In this document: positions 1 to 9,455 of the stretch, one piece after another
Layout of the letters: every line of letters starts with the position of its first letter
Numbering within the stretch: the stretch's first letter is position 1
NCBI GenBank assembly: GCA_964350425.1
Contig: CAYGKB010000001.1
Coordinates: forward strand, 1-29,418
DNA: 29,418 bases
Source of the DNA: an uncultured Chromatiaceae bacterium
GTDB lineage: Bacteria; Pseudomonadota; Gammaproteobacteria; Steroidobacterales; GCA-2729495
Direction: 5' to 3'
Made by a program: the position numbers and the translations under genes
Notes under the pieces: model-generated
Seen by the model: only the letters and a program-made list of their open reading frames with translations
Told to the model about the DNA's origin: nothing
Databases searched by the model: none

Positions 1-44
1 CATGCGCCAGCAACCTCAACCTTGAAACTGGACTGAAATCGACT

Positions 45-641
45 ATGCAAAGCGGACTTGTATTCGTTCTTCAGGCCCTGGCAGACCTCTATTTGCTCGC
101 CATGGCACTGCGACTGGCGATGCAGTGGGTACGCGCCGACTTTCGCAACCCCATCGTGCAGTTTGTTGTTACCGTCACGAATCCCCTGGTGGCGCCGCTG
201 CAAAAAGTGCTGGCGCCAATGTACAAAATTGATACGGCCACGCTAGTGGTGTTTGTGCTGCTGCAGCTTGCCGTGATTGCGGTACTCAGCATTCTAAGCT
301 GCATGGTAACGCCGGACGTGATTACCCTGCTGTGGCTGGCAATCATCCGCGGCCTGCGGATGATCCTGAACATGTATTTTTTCGTGGTGTTCGGTTACGT
401 GCTGATGAGCTGGATTGCAGGCGGCGCTTATAATCCGTCACTAGCCATGCTCGGCAATCTGCTGCGCGAACTGGCCAGCCCGGTGATGCGCCCGGTGCAA
501 AAGCTGATTCCGCCGATTGCCGGCTGGGATCTGTCGCCCATCTTTTTGCTGATTGGTCTTGGAGCGGTCACCCGCATGCTGCTGGCGCCCGCGCAACAAC
601 TGGCTGCCGGATTTATGTGCCCGCTGGGGCTGATTCTCTAG
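45..641 (+). CDS. yggT: YggT family membrane protein
   Basis: Two repeated hydrophobic YGGT-like halves (RADFRNPIVQFVVTVTNPLVAPLQK; YNP...ASPVMRPVQKLIPPIAGWDLSPI). Confidence 0.9.
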   Translation: MQSGLVFVLQALADLYLLAMALRLAMQWVRADFRNPIVQFVVTVTNPLVAPLQKVLAPMYKIDTATLVVFVLLQLAVIAVLSILSCMVTPDVITLLWLAIIRGLRMILNMYFFVVFGYVLMSWIAGGAYNPSLAMLGNLLRELASPVMRPVQKLIPPIAGWDLSPIFLLIGLGAVTRMLLAPAQQLAAGFMCPLGLIL

Positions 642-1185
642 ATGCCGAATTTTCCAGCAGGTCTGCCAGCTCGGCGATAGCCTCAGCACGGACTTCGCCC
701 CGCTGCACCGCCAGCACGCCCTGCCCCGGGCGATAGATCATCACCGTCGGCTGGCCATTCAGTTCCAGCCCCGCTGCTGCCGCAAAGGCCTGCGCGTCAT
801 CAACAAACAGCACAGCACCCTGCTCCGGCGGAAGCAGATCAACGTAGTCTTTCGCAATACCACGGCGAATCAGGCCTTTGACGAAAAAAGGCGGGTTTTC
901 AATGACCGGGAAGTGCCAGAAACGCGTTACATCAGGATCGACGCCGGCGGCCAGCAGTGCTTTATGCCACCGGATGAGCTCTTTACCCTGCCAGGTGCCG
1001 TTGTCCTGATCCGTGGCGATACCCAGAAACAGCAAATGGGATTCGGCACCGCGGATGTCCGCAGGAAACTCGAACTCGCCCTTGGCAAAGTTTTTGGCTG
1101 TCACTTCTTCAAACGCGCCTGCCACTGAAGCAGCGAAGATCAGCAGGATTGACACACCTGCCAGCCGCATAGTTGTGAAGTTCAT
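613..1185 (-). CDS. Exported hypothetical protein, ATP10/YtfJ-like thioredoxin-related fold
   Basis: N-terminal signal peptide (MRLAGVSILLIFAASVAGA). Segments PVIENPPFFVKGLIRRGI and PTVMIYRPGQGVL resemble bacterial ATP10-like proteins, recognised from memory. Confidence 0.55.
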   Translation of the reverse strand: MNFTTMRLAGVSILLIFAASVAGAFEEVTAKNFAKGEFEFPADIRGAESHLLFLGIATDQDNGTWQGKELIRWHKALLAAGVDPDVTRFWHFPVIENPPFFVKGLIRRGIAKDYVDLLPPEQGAVLFVDDAQAFAAAAGLELNGQPTVMIYRPGQGVLAVQRGEVRAEAIAELADLLENSASRESAPAGT

Positions 1186-1637
1186 GTTTGGGCTCCCTGC
1201 ACTGCATGGCGCAGTCTTATGATGTCAGCATGCGATACGTAAAGCAGGTCGCCCACTTTGCGCATCAGGTATTCCTCGTATTTATCAAGCCGGTCATCGG
1301 CAAGCGCAACCTGCCAGAGCAACTCCACCACTGCGAGCTTCTGCTCATAATCAAGACTGTCGTGCAACGCGCGGGTAAAGTCGAACAGGCAAACGGCTTC
1401 GTCCATAGCCTTTCCGGCACGCTCCAGCAGTGCTGCGGCTTCGGCCTTGCTGAGGTCAAAATGCCGGCTGAGCAGGCGAACAATTTCGCCGTGTTCATCA
1501 GCCGATTCATCGAAATCGGCGCGCGCCATCTCCACCAGCAATGCCGCCAGCGCCAGTTGCTGGCGGTCCTGCGGATCGGCCGCACTCTCTGCGTAGGCGC
1601 GGTCGCCCAGCAATACGTCTTTCAGTTTACCCAGCAT
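1182..1637 (-). CDS. TerB family (tellurite-resistance-like) protein
   Basis: LALAALLVEMARAD, ELLWQVALADDRLDKYEEYLMRKVGDLLYV. Start moved to MLGKLK (ATG at 1637) to avoid overlap with the upstream gene, which ends at 1691. Confidence 0.85.
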   Translation of the reverse strand: MLGKLKDVLLGDRAYAESAADPQDRQQLALAALLVEMARADFDESADEHGEIVRLLSRHFDLSKAEAAALLERAGKAMDEAVCLFDFTRALHDSLDYEQKLAVVELLWQVALADDRLDKYEEYLMRKVGDLLYVSHADIIRLRHAVQGAQT

Positions 1638-1690
1638 GCTATGGCCTGCTTTGTTTTCCTGGTTGATCTGCTTGCTTGTTGCCCTGACAT

Positions 1691-2335
1691 TCAATTGTCG
1701 TTCGCGGGGCCGCACTTATCCACTATGAGTTTGCGCAATACGACCAGCGCGCCGTGGAAAAAATGTCCGACCCCGGGCAGCTCCAGAAGTTCGGGACCCG
1801 GCTGATTTGCTGCCACCCAGGCACGTACTTCAGCTATCGGCACAATTTCATCCGCATCGCCCTGCACAATCAGCCACGGCATGGTCGGCCGGCTGCGCAG
1901 CGTCTTCCCGAGCATATTGACTGCCGGCGCCACACAGACGAGCCTAGCCGCCTGAATCTCCGCTGCGCTGCGGGCTGCGATCACAGCACCGAAAGAAAAG
2001 CCTGCCAGCCATATGGATGCGTCCGGCTGCGTTTGCCGCACATGGTCGGCGACCGCAAGCAGATCAGCAGCTTCCCCGTCGCCGCCACCATAGCTGCCCT
2101 GACTGTCGCCGACGCCGCGAAAATTAAAGCGCAATGCCGGCAGGCCGAGTTCATTAAATGCACGCACCAGCGTGTGCACAACTTTATTATGCATTGTGCC
2201 CTGATGCTGCGGATGCGGATGACAGACTATTGCCAGCGCATCGCGGCGCGCGCCGGCGGGCGTCTCCAGCAGGGCCTGCAGGCTGCCGGCCGGACCATTA
2301 ATAACCAGTTCGGATTTGTTGGTTGCTGCGGGCAT
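1691..2335 (-). CDS. Alpha/beta-fold hydrolase (HPHP-GGTM type)
   Basis: HPHPQHQGTMHNKVV, RFNFRGVGDSQG, nucleophile elbow GFSFG, QGDADEIV, HFFHG. Confidence 0.9.
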   Translation of the reverse strand: MPAATNKSELVINGPAGSLQALLETPAGARRDALAIVCHPHPQHQGTMHNKVVHTLVRAFNELGLPALRFNFRGVGDSQGSYGGGDGEAADLLAVADHVRQTQPDASIWLAGFSFGAVIAARSAAEIQAARLVCVAPAVNMLGKTLRSRPTMPWLIVQGDADEIVPIAEVRAWVAANQPGPELLELPGVGHFFHGALVVLRKLIVDKCGPANDN

Positions 2336-2425
2336 GATGCATTATCGCAGCAATACTGCAATTATTACGATGCACTGCGCCGACCGCAGATTGCTTGCAA
2401 CTTTTTACCGGGAGCCCGACCGCAT

Positions 2426-3049
2426 ATGAAACTTACTTCCGCCAGCTTTGGCCAGAACGAACGCATTCCGGAGCGCTGCGCCTTTGGCATTCCCTGCCCT
2501 GACGAGCACGTCCGGCTGGGCGAAAACCGCAACCCGCAGCTGAGCTGGACCGACCTGCCGGCGGACGCTAAATCGCTGGTGCTGATATGTGTGGACACGG
2601 ATGTGCCTACATCCATGGATGACTTCAACAAGGAAGGTCGCACGGTGCCGGCAGCGCTGCCGCGCACCAATTTTATTCACTGGGTCATGACCGATATACC
2701 GGCAGGCGACGGGTCGCTGGCGGAAGGCGAATGTTCCGATGGTGTCACACCCGGCGGCAAGGACACACCAGCGGGGCCGCCGGGATCACGCCAGGGCATT
2801 AATGACTACACCGGATTCATGGCCGGCGATGCAAACATGGCGGGTAACTATCACGGCTATGACGGACCCTGCCCGCCGTGGAACGACGAAATCGTGCACC
2901 ATTACCGCTTCAAACTGTTCGCCCTGGATGTGCCAACACTCGGTCTGTCGGGCGCCTTCACGGCCAGCGATGCGCTGGCAGCTATGAAAGGCCATATACT
3001 CGATCAGGCCGAACTGACCGGCATCTACTCAATCGCGAACGTCGAGTAA
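2426..3049 (+). CDS. YbhB/YbcL family Raf-kinase-inhibitor-like (PEBP) protein
   Basis: MKLTSASF, NPQLSW, DTDVP, FIHWV, YDGPCPPWND..HHYRFKLFALD. True start is ATG 2426; the upstream part of the 431-aa track ORF is antisense to the hydrolase. Confidence 0.92.
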   Translation: MKLTSASFGQNERIPERCAFGIPCPDEHVRLGENRNPQLSWTDLPADAKSLVLICVDTDVPTSMDDFNKEGRTVPAALPRTNFIHWVMTDIPAGDGSLAEGECSDGVTPGGKDTPAGPPGSRQGINDYTGFMAGDANMAGNYHGYDGPCPPWNDEIVHHYRFKLFALDVPTLGLSGAFTASDALAAMKGHILDQAELTGIYSIANVE

Positions 3050-3487
3050 ATCCACCTCAAACAAGAGAGTCGCATTGGGCGGGATAACCGTGCCGGCGCC
3101 GCGCGCACCGTATCCCATTTCCGGCGGGATGATCAGCAGACGCTTGCCGCCCACCTGCATGCCGTCAAAACCCTTCTCCCAGCCCTGAATAACCCGGCCT
3201 GCGCCCAGCGTAAAACTGAGCGGCTCGTCGCGATCCAGTGAACTGTCGAACTGGTCACCTTTGTTGTCCGGTTGCGAGGTGTCGTAGAGCCAGCCTGTGT
3301 AATGCACCACAACGTTTTTGCCGGCCTCAGCCAGCGCGCCATCGCCGACAGCAAGATCGGTAATTTTCAGGTTGCCCACGGTCACTTCCTCCGCACTGCC
3401 AGTTTGTGCTGCAGGTTCTCCACCGGCTGTTTGCGGCTGGCAGGCCATCAGCCCGGCCAGCACGACAGCCAGCCACATCAGCCGCAT
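3029..3487 (-). CDS. FKBP-type peptidyl-prolyl cis-trans isomerase, probable lipoprotein
   Basis: VVHYTGWL, FDSS, VIQGWEKG, LIIPPEMGYG, IPPNATLLFEVDLL. Lipobox-like signal MRLMWLAVVLAGLMAC; start taken at ATG 3487. Confidence 0.95.
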   Translation of the reverse strand: MRLMWLAVVLAGLMACQPQTAGGEPAAQTGSAEEVTVGNLKITDLAVGDGALAEAGKNVVVHYTGWLYDTSQPDNKGDQFDSSLDRDEPLSFTLGAGRVIQGWEKGFDGMQVGGKRLLIIPPEMGYGARGAGTVIPPNATLLFEVDLLDVRD

Positions 3488-3516
3488 ATTGCCGGACGTC
3501 AACAAGCTATTAGTCA

Positions 3517-3924
3517 TCAGTCATCCTTGTTTGCAGCGTCCAGCTCCAAAGACGCCGAATTAATACAGTACCTCAGTCCGGTCGGTTGCGGACCGTCGCT
3601 GAACACGTGCCCGAGGTGCGCACCACAACGCGCGCAGACCACTTCTTCGCGGATCATGCCATGGCTAAGATCGCGGTTGCTGGTCACTTTGTCGGCCTGC
3701 GCCGGTTGCCAGAAACTTGGCCAGCCACTGCCGGAATCGTATTTGTGTGCCGACGAGAACAGTTCCTCGCCGCAACACACGCACAGATAATTGCCAGGCG
3801 TTTTGCAATCGTGATAGCGGCCGGTAAAGGCCGGTTCCGTACCCTGCTCCTGGGTAATATGAAATTGCTCCGGAGTCAGCCGCTCACGTAATGCGGCTGC
3901 GGAATGATCCCGCTTGTCGTTCAT
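3517..3924 (-). CDS. msrB: Peptide-methionine (R)-S-oxide reductase
   Basis: GTEPAF, CVCC and CARC Zn ligands, [32 protein letters not shown]. Confidence 0.97.
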   Translation of the reverse strand: MNDKRDHSAAALRERLTPEQFHITQEQGTEPAFTGRYHDCKTPGNYLCVCCGEELFSSAHKYDSGSGWPSFWQPAQADKVTSNRDLSHGMIREEVVCARCGAHLGHVFSDGPQPTGLRYCINSASLELDAANKDD

Positions 3925-5147
3925 AGGGCAAATACCAGTTCAAAGGCCAGAAGAAATATGCACAACAGGGCACCGCACAATGATACCCAAATCGGGTAGT
4001 CAACCGTAGCAACGGCCCGCCGCCCGGACAGCTTGAGCCACAAGGCAGATGCGTTCACGGCGGCAAAAATCAGCAAAACAATAAAGCTGGTGATTTTGGC
4101 CAGCGTCACCAGCGGTATCAGGACAGCCAAAAATATCACGCTGCCGACGATAACCAGTGTCGCGGCCAGCGGTGTTTGCGTCATGGCATTGATGCGGGCA
4201 AACCACGCCGGCGCGCTGCCCTGCACTGCCAGACCGTAGATCACCCGCGAGCCCATAACCAGTTGCGGCAGCACGCTGTTGGTAATGGCAACCGCGCTCA
4301 GCGCCGCAATAACGGTCGGTGACAGCCAGCTGTCGCGGCCCACTATGGCAACCAGGGGCGCCTGGCTGCCGGCCAGTTCTGCCGGGCTGACCCGCAGTAC
4401 AGCAACCGTAGCAACGGCGACGTACAGCAGCGTGGCAATCAGCAGTGCCAGCAGAATGGCCGCGGGCATGGTGCGATCCGGCTGCCGGACCTCCTCGGCA
4501 ACATTCACCATGTCCTCAAAGCCGATAAAGGCGTAAAACGCCAGAAAACTGCCAAGCACGATCCCGGTCCAGCGGGCCAGGCTGAAACCCGGCAGCACAT
4601 CCGGCCAGCGTTGTGGCAGCGTTGCAAAGCTGTCGGCTGCCGCACTCAGCACCAGCAGCAAACCGGCGACAGAAATCAGGGTCATCACTGCGGCCGACCA
4701 GGCCGACTCCACAATCCCCCAGCAAGCGACCAGCCCCAGCAACACAACGAATGCCATTATGATCAGCGTGCCGGACACAGCGCCTTGCGGCATGGGCAAC
4801 AGCAAAGCCGCGTAGCCCGTGATGCCTCGGGCCAGCGTGGCGCTCGACACAATGCCGGTCAGCACCACCGCCCAGCCCGTCATGTCGGCTAGCCAGCGAC
4901 GGCCAAAAGCCTCGCGCACGTAAGCGGCCTCGCCGGCGCTGCGCGGATACCGGGCGGCCAGCTCCGCATAGGAAAAACCGGTAAACGCAGCAATAACAGC
5001 GGCCAGCAAAAAAGCCAGCGGCGCCTGCAGGCCGGCCTTGCCGGCAACCTCACCGACCAGTACGTAGATCCCGGCGCCGACGATGGAGCCAAGGCCGTAC
5101 AGGGTCAGCAGCGGCAATGACAGACCGCGTCTAAGTTGTGTCGCCAT
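3921..5147 (-). CDS. APC-family amino acid permease
   Basis: [42 protein letters not shown]; about 12 hydrophobic segments. Confidence 0.92.
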   Translation of the reverse strand: MATQLRRGLSLPLLTLYGLGSIVGAGIYVLVGEVAGKAGLQAPLAFLLAAVIAAFTGFSYAELAARYPRSAGEAAYVREAFGRRWLADMTGWAVVLTGIVSSATLARGITGYAALLLPMPQGAVSGTLIIMAFVVLLGLVACWGIVESAWSAAVMTLISVAGLLLVLSAAADSFATLPQRWPDVLPGFSLARWTGIVLGSFLAFYAFIGFEDMVNVAEEVRQPDRTMPAAILLALLIATLLYVAVATVAVLRVSPAELAGSQAPLVAIVGRDSWLSPTVIAALSAVAITNSVLPQLVMGSRVIYGLAVQGSAPAWFARINAMTQTPLAATLVIVGSVIFLAVLIPLVTLAKITSFIVLLIFAAVNASALWLKLSGRRAVATVDYPIWVSLCGALLCIFLLAFELVFAL

Positions 5148-5273
5148 ATTCGCTAATGTATTTCCGTCTTGGTTTCGCTATGATCCAAGCTGTTAGGGTG
5201 GTTTCGCAGTGCGCACCTGCCGTCATTTCCAACTGAGCCAGCTTCGCCGATGTCACGACGACAGCGATCACGT

Positions 5274-6524
5274 ATGCCAAAAATAGCAATTATAGGATCC
5301 AAGGGAATACCGGCTCGTTACGGCGGTTTCGAGACCCTGGCGGAGAACCTGGTAAAACACCTTAACAAGCGCTGTGAGTTTATCGTTTATTGCAGCGCCC
5401 GCGCCTACAACCGGCAGCCTGAGCGCTTCCTCGGCGCTGAACTCAAATACCTGCCGCTGGATGCCAACGGCGTACAAAGCATTCCGTATGACATCTGGTC
5501 AATGATTCATGCCAGCCGACGCGCCGACGCAATGCTGATACTGGGTGTATCCGGCTGCATTTTTTTGCCTGTGCTGAAACTGTTCTACCGGGGCAAAATC
5601 TTTGTCAACCTGGACGGCATGGACTGGAAACGCCCTAAATGGGGACGGCTGGCCAGGGCCTTTCTGAAGTTTTCCGAGATTGTCGCAGCCAGATTCGCCG
5701 ATCAACTGATCGCCGACAATGACGCCATCCATGATTACATCGGCACAGTATATAGCCGCGACAGTTTTCTGGTGGAATACGGTGGCGACAACGCACGCTC
5801 GGAACTACCGGAAAAAAGCGATGCATCAGTTTCTGTGGTAGCCCTGCACAAGAGCGAGCCGGACAGCGATCTGGTAGATACCGGTTTTGCTAAATACGCC
5901 ATTGCTGTCTGCCGCATTGAGCCGGAAAACAATATTCACATTATTCTCGAGGCATTTGCTCAGGCTGATACGCTGCCGCTGGTGTTTCTGGGCAACTGGT
6001 CAAACAGCGAATATGGCCGTGCACTGCGGCGACGCTACCGCTCCAATCCGAATCTGTTGCTGCTGGACCCGATATTCGAGCCCCGCAAACTGTTCGCCCT
6101 GCGCAGCAACGCGGCCCTCTATGTACACGGTCACAGCTCTGGCGGCACCAATCCGTCGCTGGTGGAAAGCATGTCGCTGGGCCTGCCGGTGATTGCGTTT
6201 GACGTGGTGTTCAACCGTGCCACCACCGAAAACAAAGCGATATATTTTGACTCCACCGCCAGTCTGGCCGAGACACTGCGCGGGCTCAATAATCTGGACT
6301 TGCGCGGCAATGCCGCACAGATGCGGGAACTGGCTAAACGCCGCTATTCATGGGCCACGATCGCCGGCAAGTATGCAACTTTGTTTGAACTGCCGCCGCT
6401 TACTGAGCCGGAAGTCCTGCCGGAACAGCCGGCACCGCAGACGGCAGAGGTCGAGACTGTCAGGCCACTGTCCGGCACCGATCAAGCAACCAGTCTGTCG
6501 CGGGTCGGCTCAAATCGCGTCTGA
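5274..6524 (+). CDS. DUF1972-containing glycosyltransferase (WchF/Cps2T-like; possible rhamnosyltransferase)
   Basis: IAIIGSKGIPARYGGFET, NLDGMDWKRPKW, CRIEPENN, HGHSSGGTNPSLVESM. Start taken at ATG 5274. Confidence 0.88.
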   Translation: MPKIAIIGSKGIPARYGGFETLAENLVKHLNKRCEFIVYCSARAYNRQPERFLGAELKYLPLDANGVQSIPYDIWSMIHASRRADAMLILGVSGCIFLPVLKLFYRGKIFVNLDGMDWKRPKWGRLARAFLKFSEIVAARFADQLIADNDAIHDYIGTVYSRDSFLVEYGGDNARSELPEKSDASVSVVALHKSEPDSDLVDTGFAKYAIAVCRIEPENNIHIILEAFAQADTLPLVFLGNWSNSEYGRALRRRYRSNPNLLLLDPIFEPRKLFALRSNAALYVHGHSSGGTNPSLVESMSLGLPVIAFDVVFNRATTENKAIYFDSTASLAETLRGLNNLDLRGNAAQMRELAKRRYSWATIAGKYATLFELPPLTEPEVLPEQPAPQTAEVETVRPLSGTDQATSLSRVGSNRV

Positions 6525-6533
6525 ACAAACGCT

Positions 6534-7757
6534 ATGCGCAAGCCAACCGTTCTAAACGGTTCCAACAACTATTACATTCCGGGCGGCGCTGAAAAATACT
6601 TTTTCGAACTGGGCAACCTGCTGGAACAGCATGGCCATAAGGTCATACCGTTTTGCGGGGCATCGGACCGCAATATCGAAAGTGAATACGCCCGCTATTT
6701 TCCGCCGGCCGTGGATACTGCCAATCTTGCGCTGACTGACGTATTCCGTTTTATTTATTCGCGCGATGCGCGTCGCTATATCACGCGCGCTATCGAGGAA
6801 ACTCATCCCGACATCGCCCACCTGCACATCTACCACGGCAAACTGACCGGCGCGATATTGAAACCCCTCAGCGACCGCGGCATCCCTATTGTGCAGACAC
6901 TGCATGACTACAAACAGCTGTGCCCGGTATACAGCTGCGTGCGCCACGGCGAAGTCTGCGAAGCCTGTGAGGGCAAGCACTACTGGAAAGCGCTGGCTTA
7001 CCGCTGCAACCGCGGTTCTGTCGCCCGCAGTGCCGTAAGCTGTGTCGAAAGTTACGTTGCCAGGATGCTGGGCGCGGTGGACAAAATAGACCATTTCATC
7101 TGCGTCAGCCACTTCATGGCCGGCAAAATGCGCGACATCGGCGTCGCGGCCACGGACATCACCACGGTGCACAATTTTGTTGACTGCGAACGGCTGCAGC
7201 CCGCCAGTGAGACCGGCCGCTATGTGCTGTATTTCGGGCGACTGGATGCGACCAAAGGATTGTTCACCCTGCTTGATGCAATGCGCATGAACCCGGACCT
7301 CAACTGTATCGTTGCGGGCAGCGGACCGGAGCGTGAGGCGCTGGGGCGCTACGCCGCTGAACACAATATCTGCAATGTGGAATTTCCCGGCTTTGTCAGC
7401 GGTGCCGCATTGGCCGAACTGGTCAGCTCCGCTGCCTGCACGGTGCTGCCGTCCGAAGGATTCGAAAACTGTCCGATGTCGGTGCTTGAATCACTGGCGC
7501 ATGCCTGCCCGGTTGTCGGTACGCGTATCGGTGGCATCCCGGAACTCATCACTGACGGCGATGACGGTTATATAGTTGAACCCGGAGCAACCGAAGCCCT
7601 GGCTGATGCGCTGCGCAAACTCGCCGGCAACCCGCAGCAGGCCAGGCACATGGGTCAGGCTGGTCGCGAAAAGATGGCGCGCGATTTTTCGCCGCAGCGG
7701 CATTATGCGCAAATTCGGGCGGTATACGAAAAACTGCCGGGAGTGACAGCTTGGTAG
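6534..7757 (+). CDS. GT4-family glycosyltransferase
   Basis: GGAE, QTLHDY..CP, YFGRL...KG, PSEGFENCPMSVLESLA (EX7E), GGIPELI. Confidence 0.93.
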   Translation: MRKPTVLNGSNNYYIPGGAEKYFFELGNLLEQHGHKVIPFCGASDRNIESEYARYFPPAVDTANLALTDVFRFIYSRDARRYITRAIEETHPDIAHLHIYHGKLTGAILKPLSDRGIPIVQTLHDYKQLCPVYSCVRHGEVCEACEGKHYWKALAYRCNRGSVARSAVSCVESYVARMLGAVDKIDHFICVSHFMAGKMRDIGVAATDITTVHNFVDCERLQPASETGRYVLYFGRLDATKGLFTLLDAMRMNPDLNCIVAGSGPEREALGRYAAEHNICNVEFPGFVSGAALAELVSSAACTVLPSEGFENCPMSVLESLAHACPVVGTRIGGIPELITDGDDGYIVEPGATEALADALRKLAGNPQQARHMGQAGREKMARDFSPQRHYAQIRAVYEKLPGVTAW

Positions 7758-8761
7758 CGCAGCTCGACACCGCCTACGTAACCACGCGACCGGCACGCGC
7801 GCTGTCACGTGCCGTGAGTTATGCGTTTTTTGAGGGCCGCCCGCTGCTGACCCGCGGGCGCTGGATCAACCCCTGGTTATTGCGCCGGGCAAAAAAAGTA
7901 GCGCAACGCAAGCAGTCTGCGGCAGTTGACCGGCCCCTGTTCATCCTCGGCACCGGTCGTTCCGGCACCACCGTGCTGGGTAAAATACTTTCCATGCATC
8001 GCGAAGTGGGTTGGCTCAATGAGCCCAAACTGATGTGGCACGCAGCCTGCGAGCATGAAGACCTGAACGGTAATTACACCGACTCAGCCGCCGCTTACCG
8101 GCTGGCTGCGGCAGATGCGACGCCGGCAGTGCAGCGGGCCATGCGCAACCAGTACGCCGCTTATCTGCGAACAACGCGAAACAGCCGCGTTCTCGACAAG
8201 TATCCCGAACTGATTTTCCGTACCGAATTTGTGCGACAGATATTTCCCGATGCGCGCTTTCTGTTTCTGGTTCGTGACGGCTATGCAACCTGTCGCTCCA
8301 TTGCACGCTGGTCGCAACATCACGGTCAGAGCAGCCGCAAAGACAACACGGACTGGTGGGGCGTAAACCGGCGCAAATGGCAGTTGCTGGTTGAGCAACT
8401 GGTGCGCCGGGACCCGCAACTGGGCAACCATGCCGATACCATTGCCGGGTTCGATGATCACGTCTCCATGGCTGCCGTGGAATGGATTCTGACTATGCAG
8501 GAGGGCCTGCGGCTGACCGAAACCTGCAGTGACGTAACCCTGACGGTGCACTACGAACAGCTGACTCGCGCACCGCGCGAAACAGTCGCTGATATTCTGC
8601 AGTTTGCCGGTCTGCAGCCGGACGAGACAGTCCTGGACTACGCCCGCAAAACCCTCCGCCCGGTCGGAGAAACCGCTGCGCTGGAGCTACCCGCCATTAT
8701 CCGCAACAGTTTTGATGCAGCCATGCAAAAGCTCGGCTATCAGTCGGCGCCAAACTCGTAG
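7751..8761 (+). CDS. PAPS-dependent sulfotransferase (Sulfotransfer_3-like)
   Basis: 5'-PSB loop ILGTGRSGTT, LNEP, VLDKYP, 3'-PB LVRDG...S, VHYEQL. TTG start overlapping the GT stop codon. Confidence 0.88.
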   Translation: MVAQLDTAYVTTRPARALSRAVSYAFFEGRPLLTRGRWINPWLLRRAKKVAQRKQSAAVDRPLFILGTGRSGTTVLGKILSMHREVGWLNEPKLMWHAACEHEDLNGNYTDSAAAYRLAAADATPAVQRAMRNQYAAYLRTTRNSRVLDKYPELIFRTEFVRQIFPDARFLFLVRDGYATCRSIARWSQHHGQSSRKDNTDWWGVNRRKWQLLVEQLVRRDPQLGNHADTIAGFDDHVSMAAVEWILTMQEGLRLTETCSDVTLTVHYEQLTRAPRETVADILQFAGLQPDETVLDYARKTLRPVGETAALELPAIIRNSFDAAMQKLGYQSAPNS

Positions 8762-9429
8762 TTAAAAAGCCCGATATCGCGAGCGTAGATTTCCGCTACA
8801 CGATCACGTGTATCGGCATCATAGTAGTCCGTGTAGTGCCGGTGCGCCGGTTCGCGGCGGACCCCCAGCCAGTCGCGCAGGCGTTCTGCCAGACTCAGGC
8901 TGACACCGGCGGGGTCTCTGACGTGCGGTAGTGGTGCCGGTTCAAGCCCGAGACGGCTGCAAACCATGGCAAAGTCATGCTGCAGGTTCTCGTAGCGGCC
9001 GACAAACTCAACCAGCAACTCACCGTCCGGCGTATACAAAAATTCGCTCTGTGGAATCACGTGCCGGTAGGCATCGCTCATATCCTTGGCCGGCCAGTGG
9101 GCACTGACAAATTCCCGGAACCCGAAGCGCAGATAGTGCCTGCGGTAACGATACTCGGATACCAGTCGTGCCCACGGGTTGCGCACAAAACTGAAGCGGT
9201 ATGCCTGCTCAAACTGCTCCTGTTCGAGATGCCCCAGCGTCACGTATTCGGCGGCCGTCAGGTGTGCCAGTCGCTCCGGCCCCCGGGCCGGGTCATCGTT
9301 GGGCCGCAGCAACAATGCAGCGCGCTGCTCCCAGCTCAGCCCCAGCAGACCAAGAAAAAAGCTTTCAATACTCTTGCCCGCAGTTTTGGGAATATGCACG
9401 AATAAGCAGTTATATTCTTGGCAGTACAT
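8740..9429 (-). CDS. Sulfotransferase family 2 protein (carbohydrate-sulfotransferase-like)
   Basis: FVHIPKTAGKSI, FSFVRNPWARLVSEY, PQSEF, VGRYENL, VAEIYARDIGLFNY. Confidence 0.9.
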   Translation of the reverse strand: MYCQEYNCLFVHIPKTAGKSIESFFLGLLGLSWEQRAALLLRPNDDPARGPERLAHLTAAEYVTLGHLEQEQFEQAYRFSFVRNPWARLVSEYRYRRHYLRFGFREFVSAHWPAKDMSDAYRHVIPQSEFLYTPDGELLVEFVGRYENLQHDFAMVCSRLGLEPAPLPHVRDPAGVSLSLAERLRDWLGVRREPAHRHYTDYYDADTRDRVAEIYARDIGLFNYEFGAD

Positions 9430-9455
9430 TGTTCTGCAGGCCCATTATTCCATCC

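Noticed and set aside
1-36. Possible 3' end of an upstream gene (proC often precedes yggT)
   Set aside because: Only about 11 codons are visible and carry no diagnostic motif.
1754-2425. N-terminal 224 aa of the 431-aa track ORF, as a fusion to YbhB
   Set aside because: Antisense to a clear alpha/beta hydrolase; the YbhB family start MKLTS is at 2426.
3029-3049. 21-nt convergent overlap of the YbhB and FKBP genes
   Set aside because: Short tail-to-tail overlaps are common and not informative alone.
6552-7364. Long antisense ORFs (also 1188-1805, 10864-11634, 15607-16221, 19369-20199)
   Set aside because: Shadow frames of well-supported genes in GC-rich DNA, with no recognisable motifs.
9201-9455. 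N-terminal extensions on the sulfotransferase ORFs (also 11529-11672)
   Set aside because: They overlap real genes on the opposite strand and look like shadow translation; the downstream ATGs fit the family starts.
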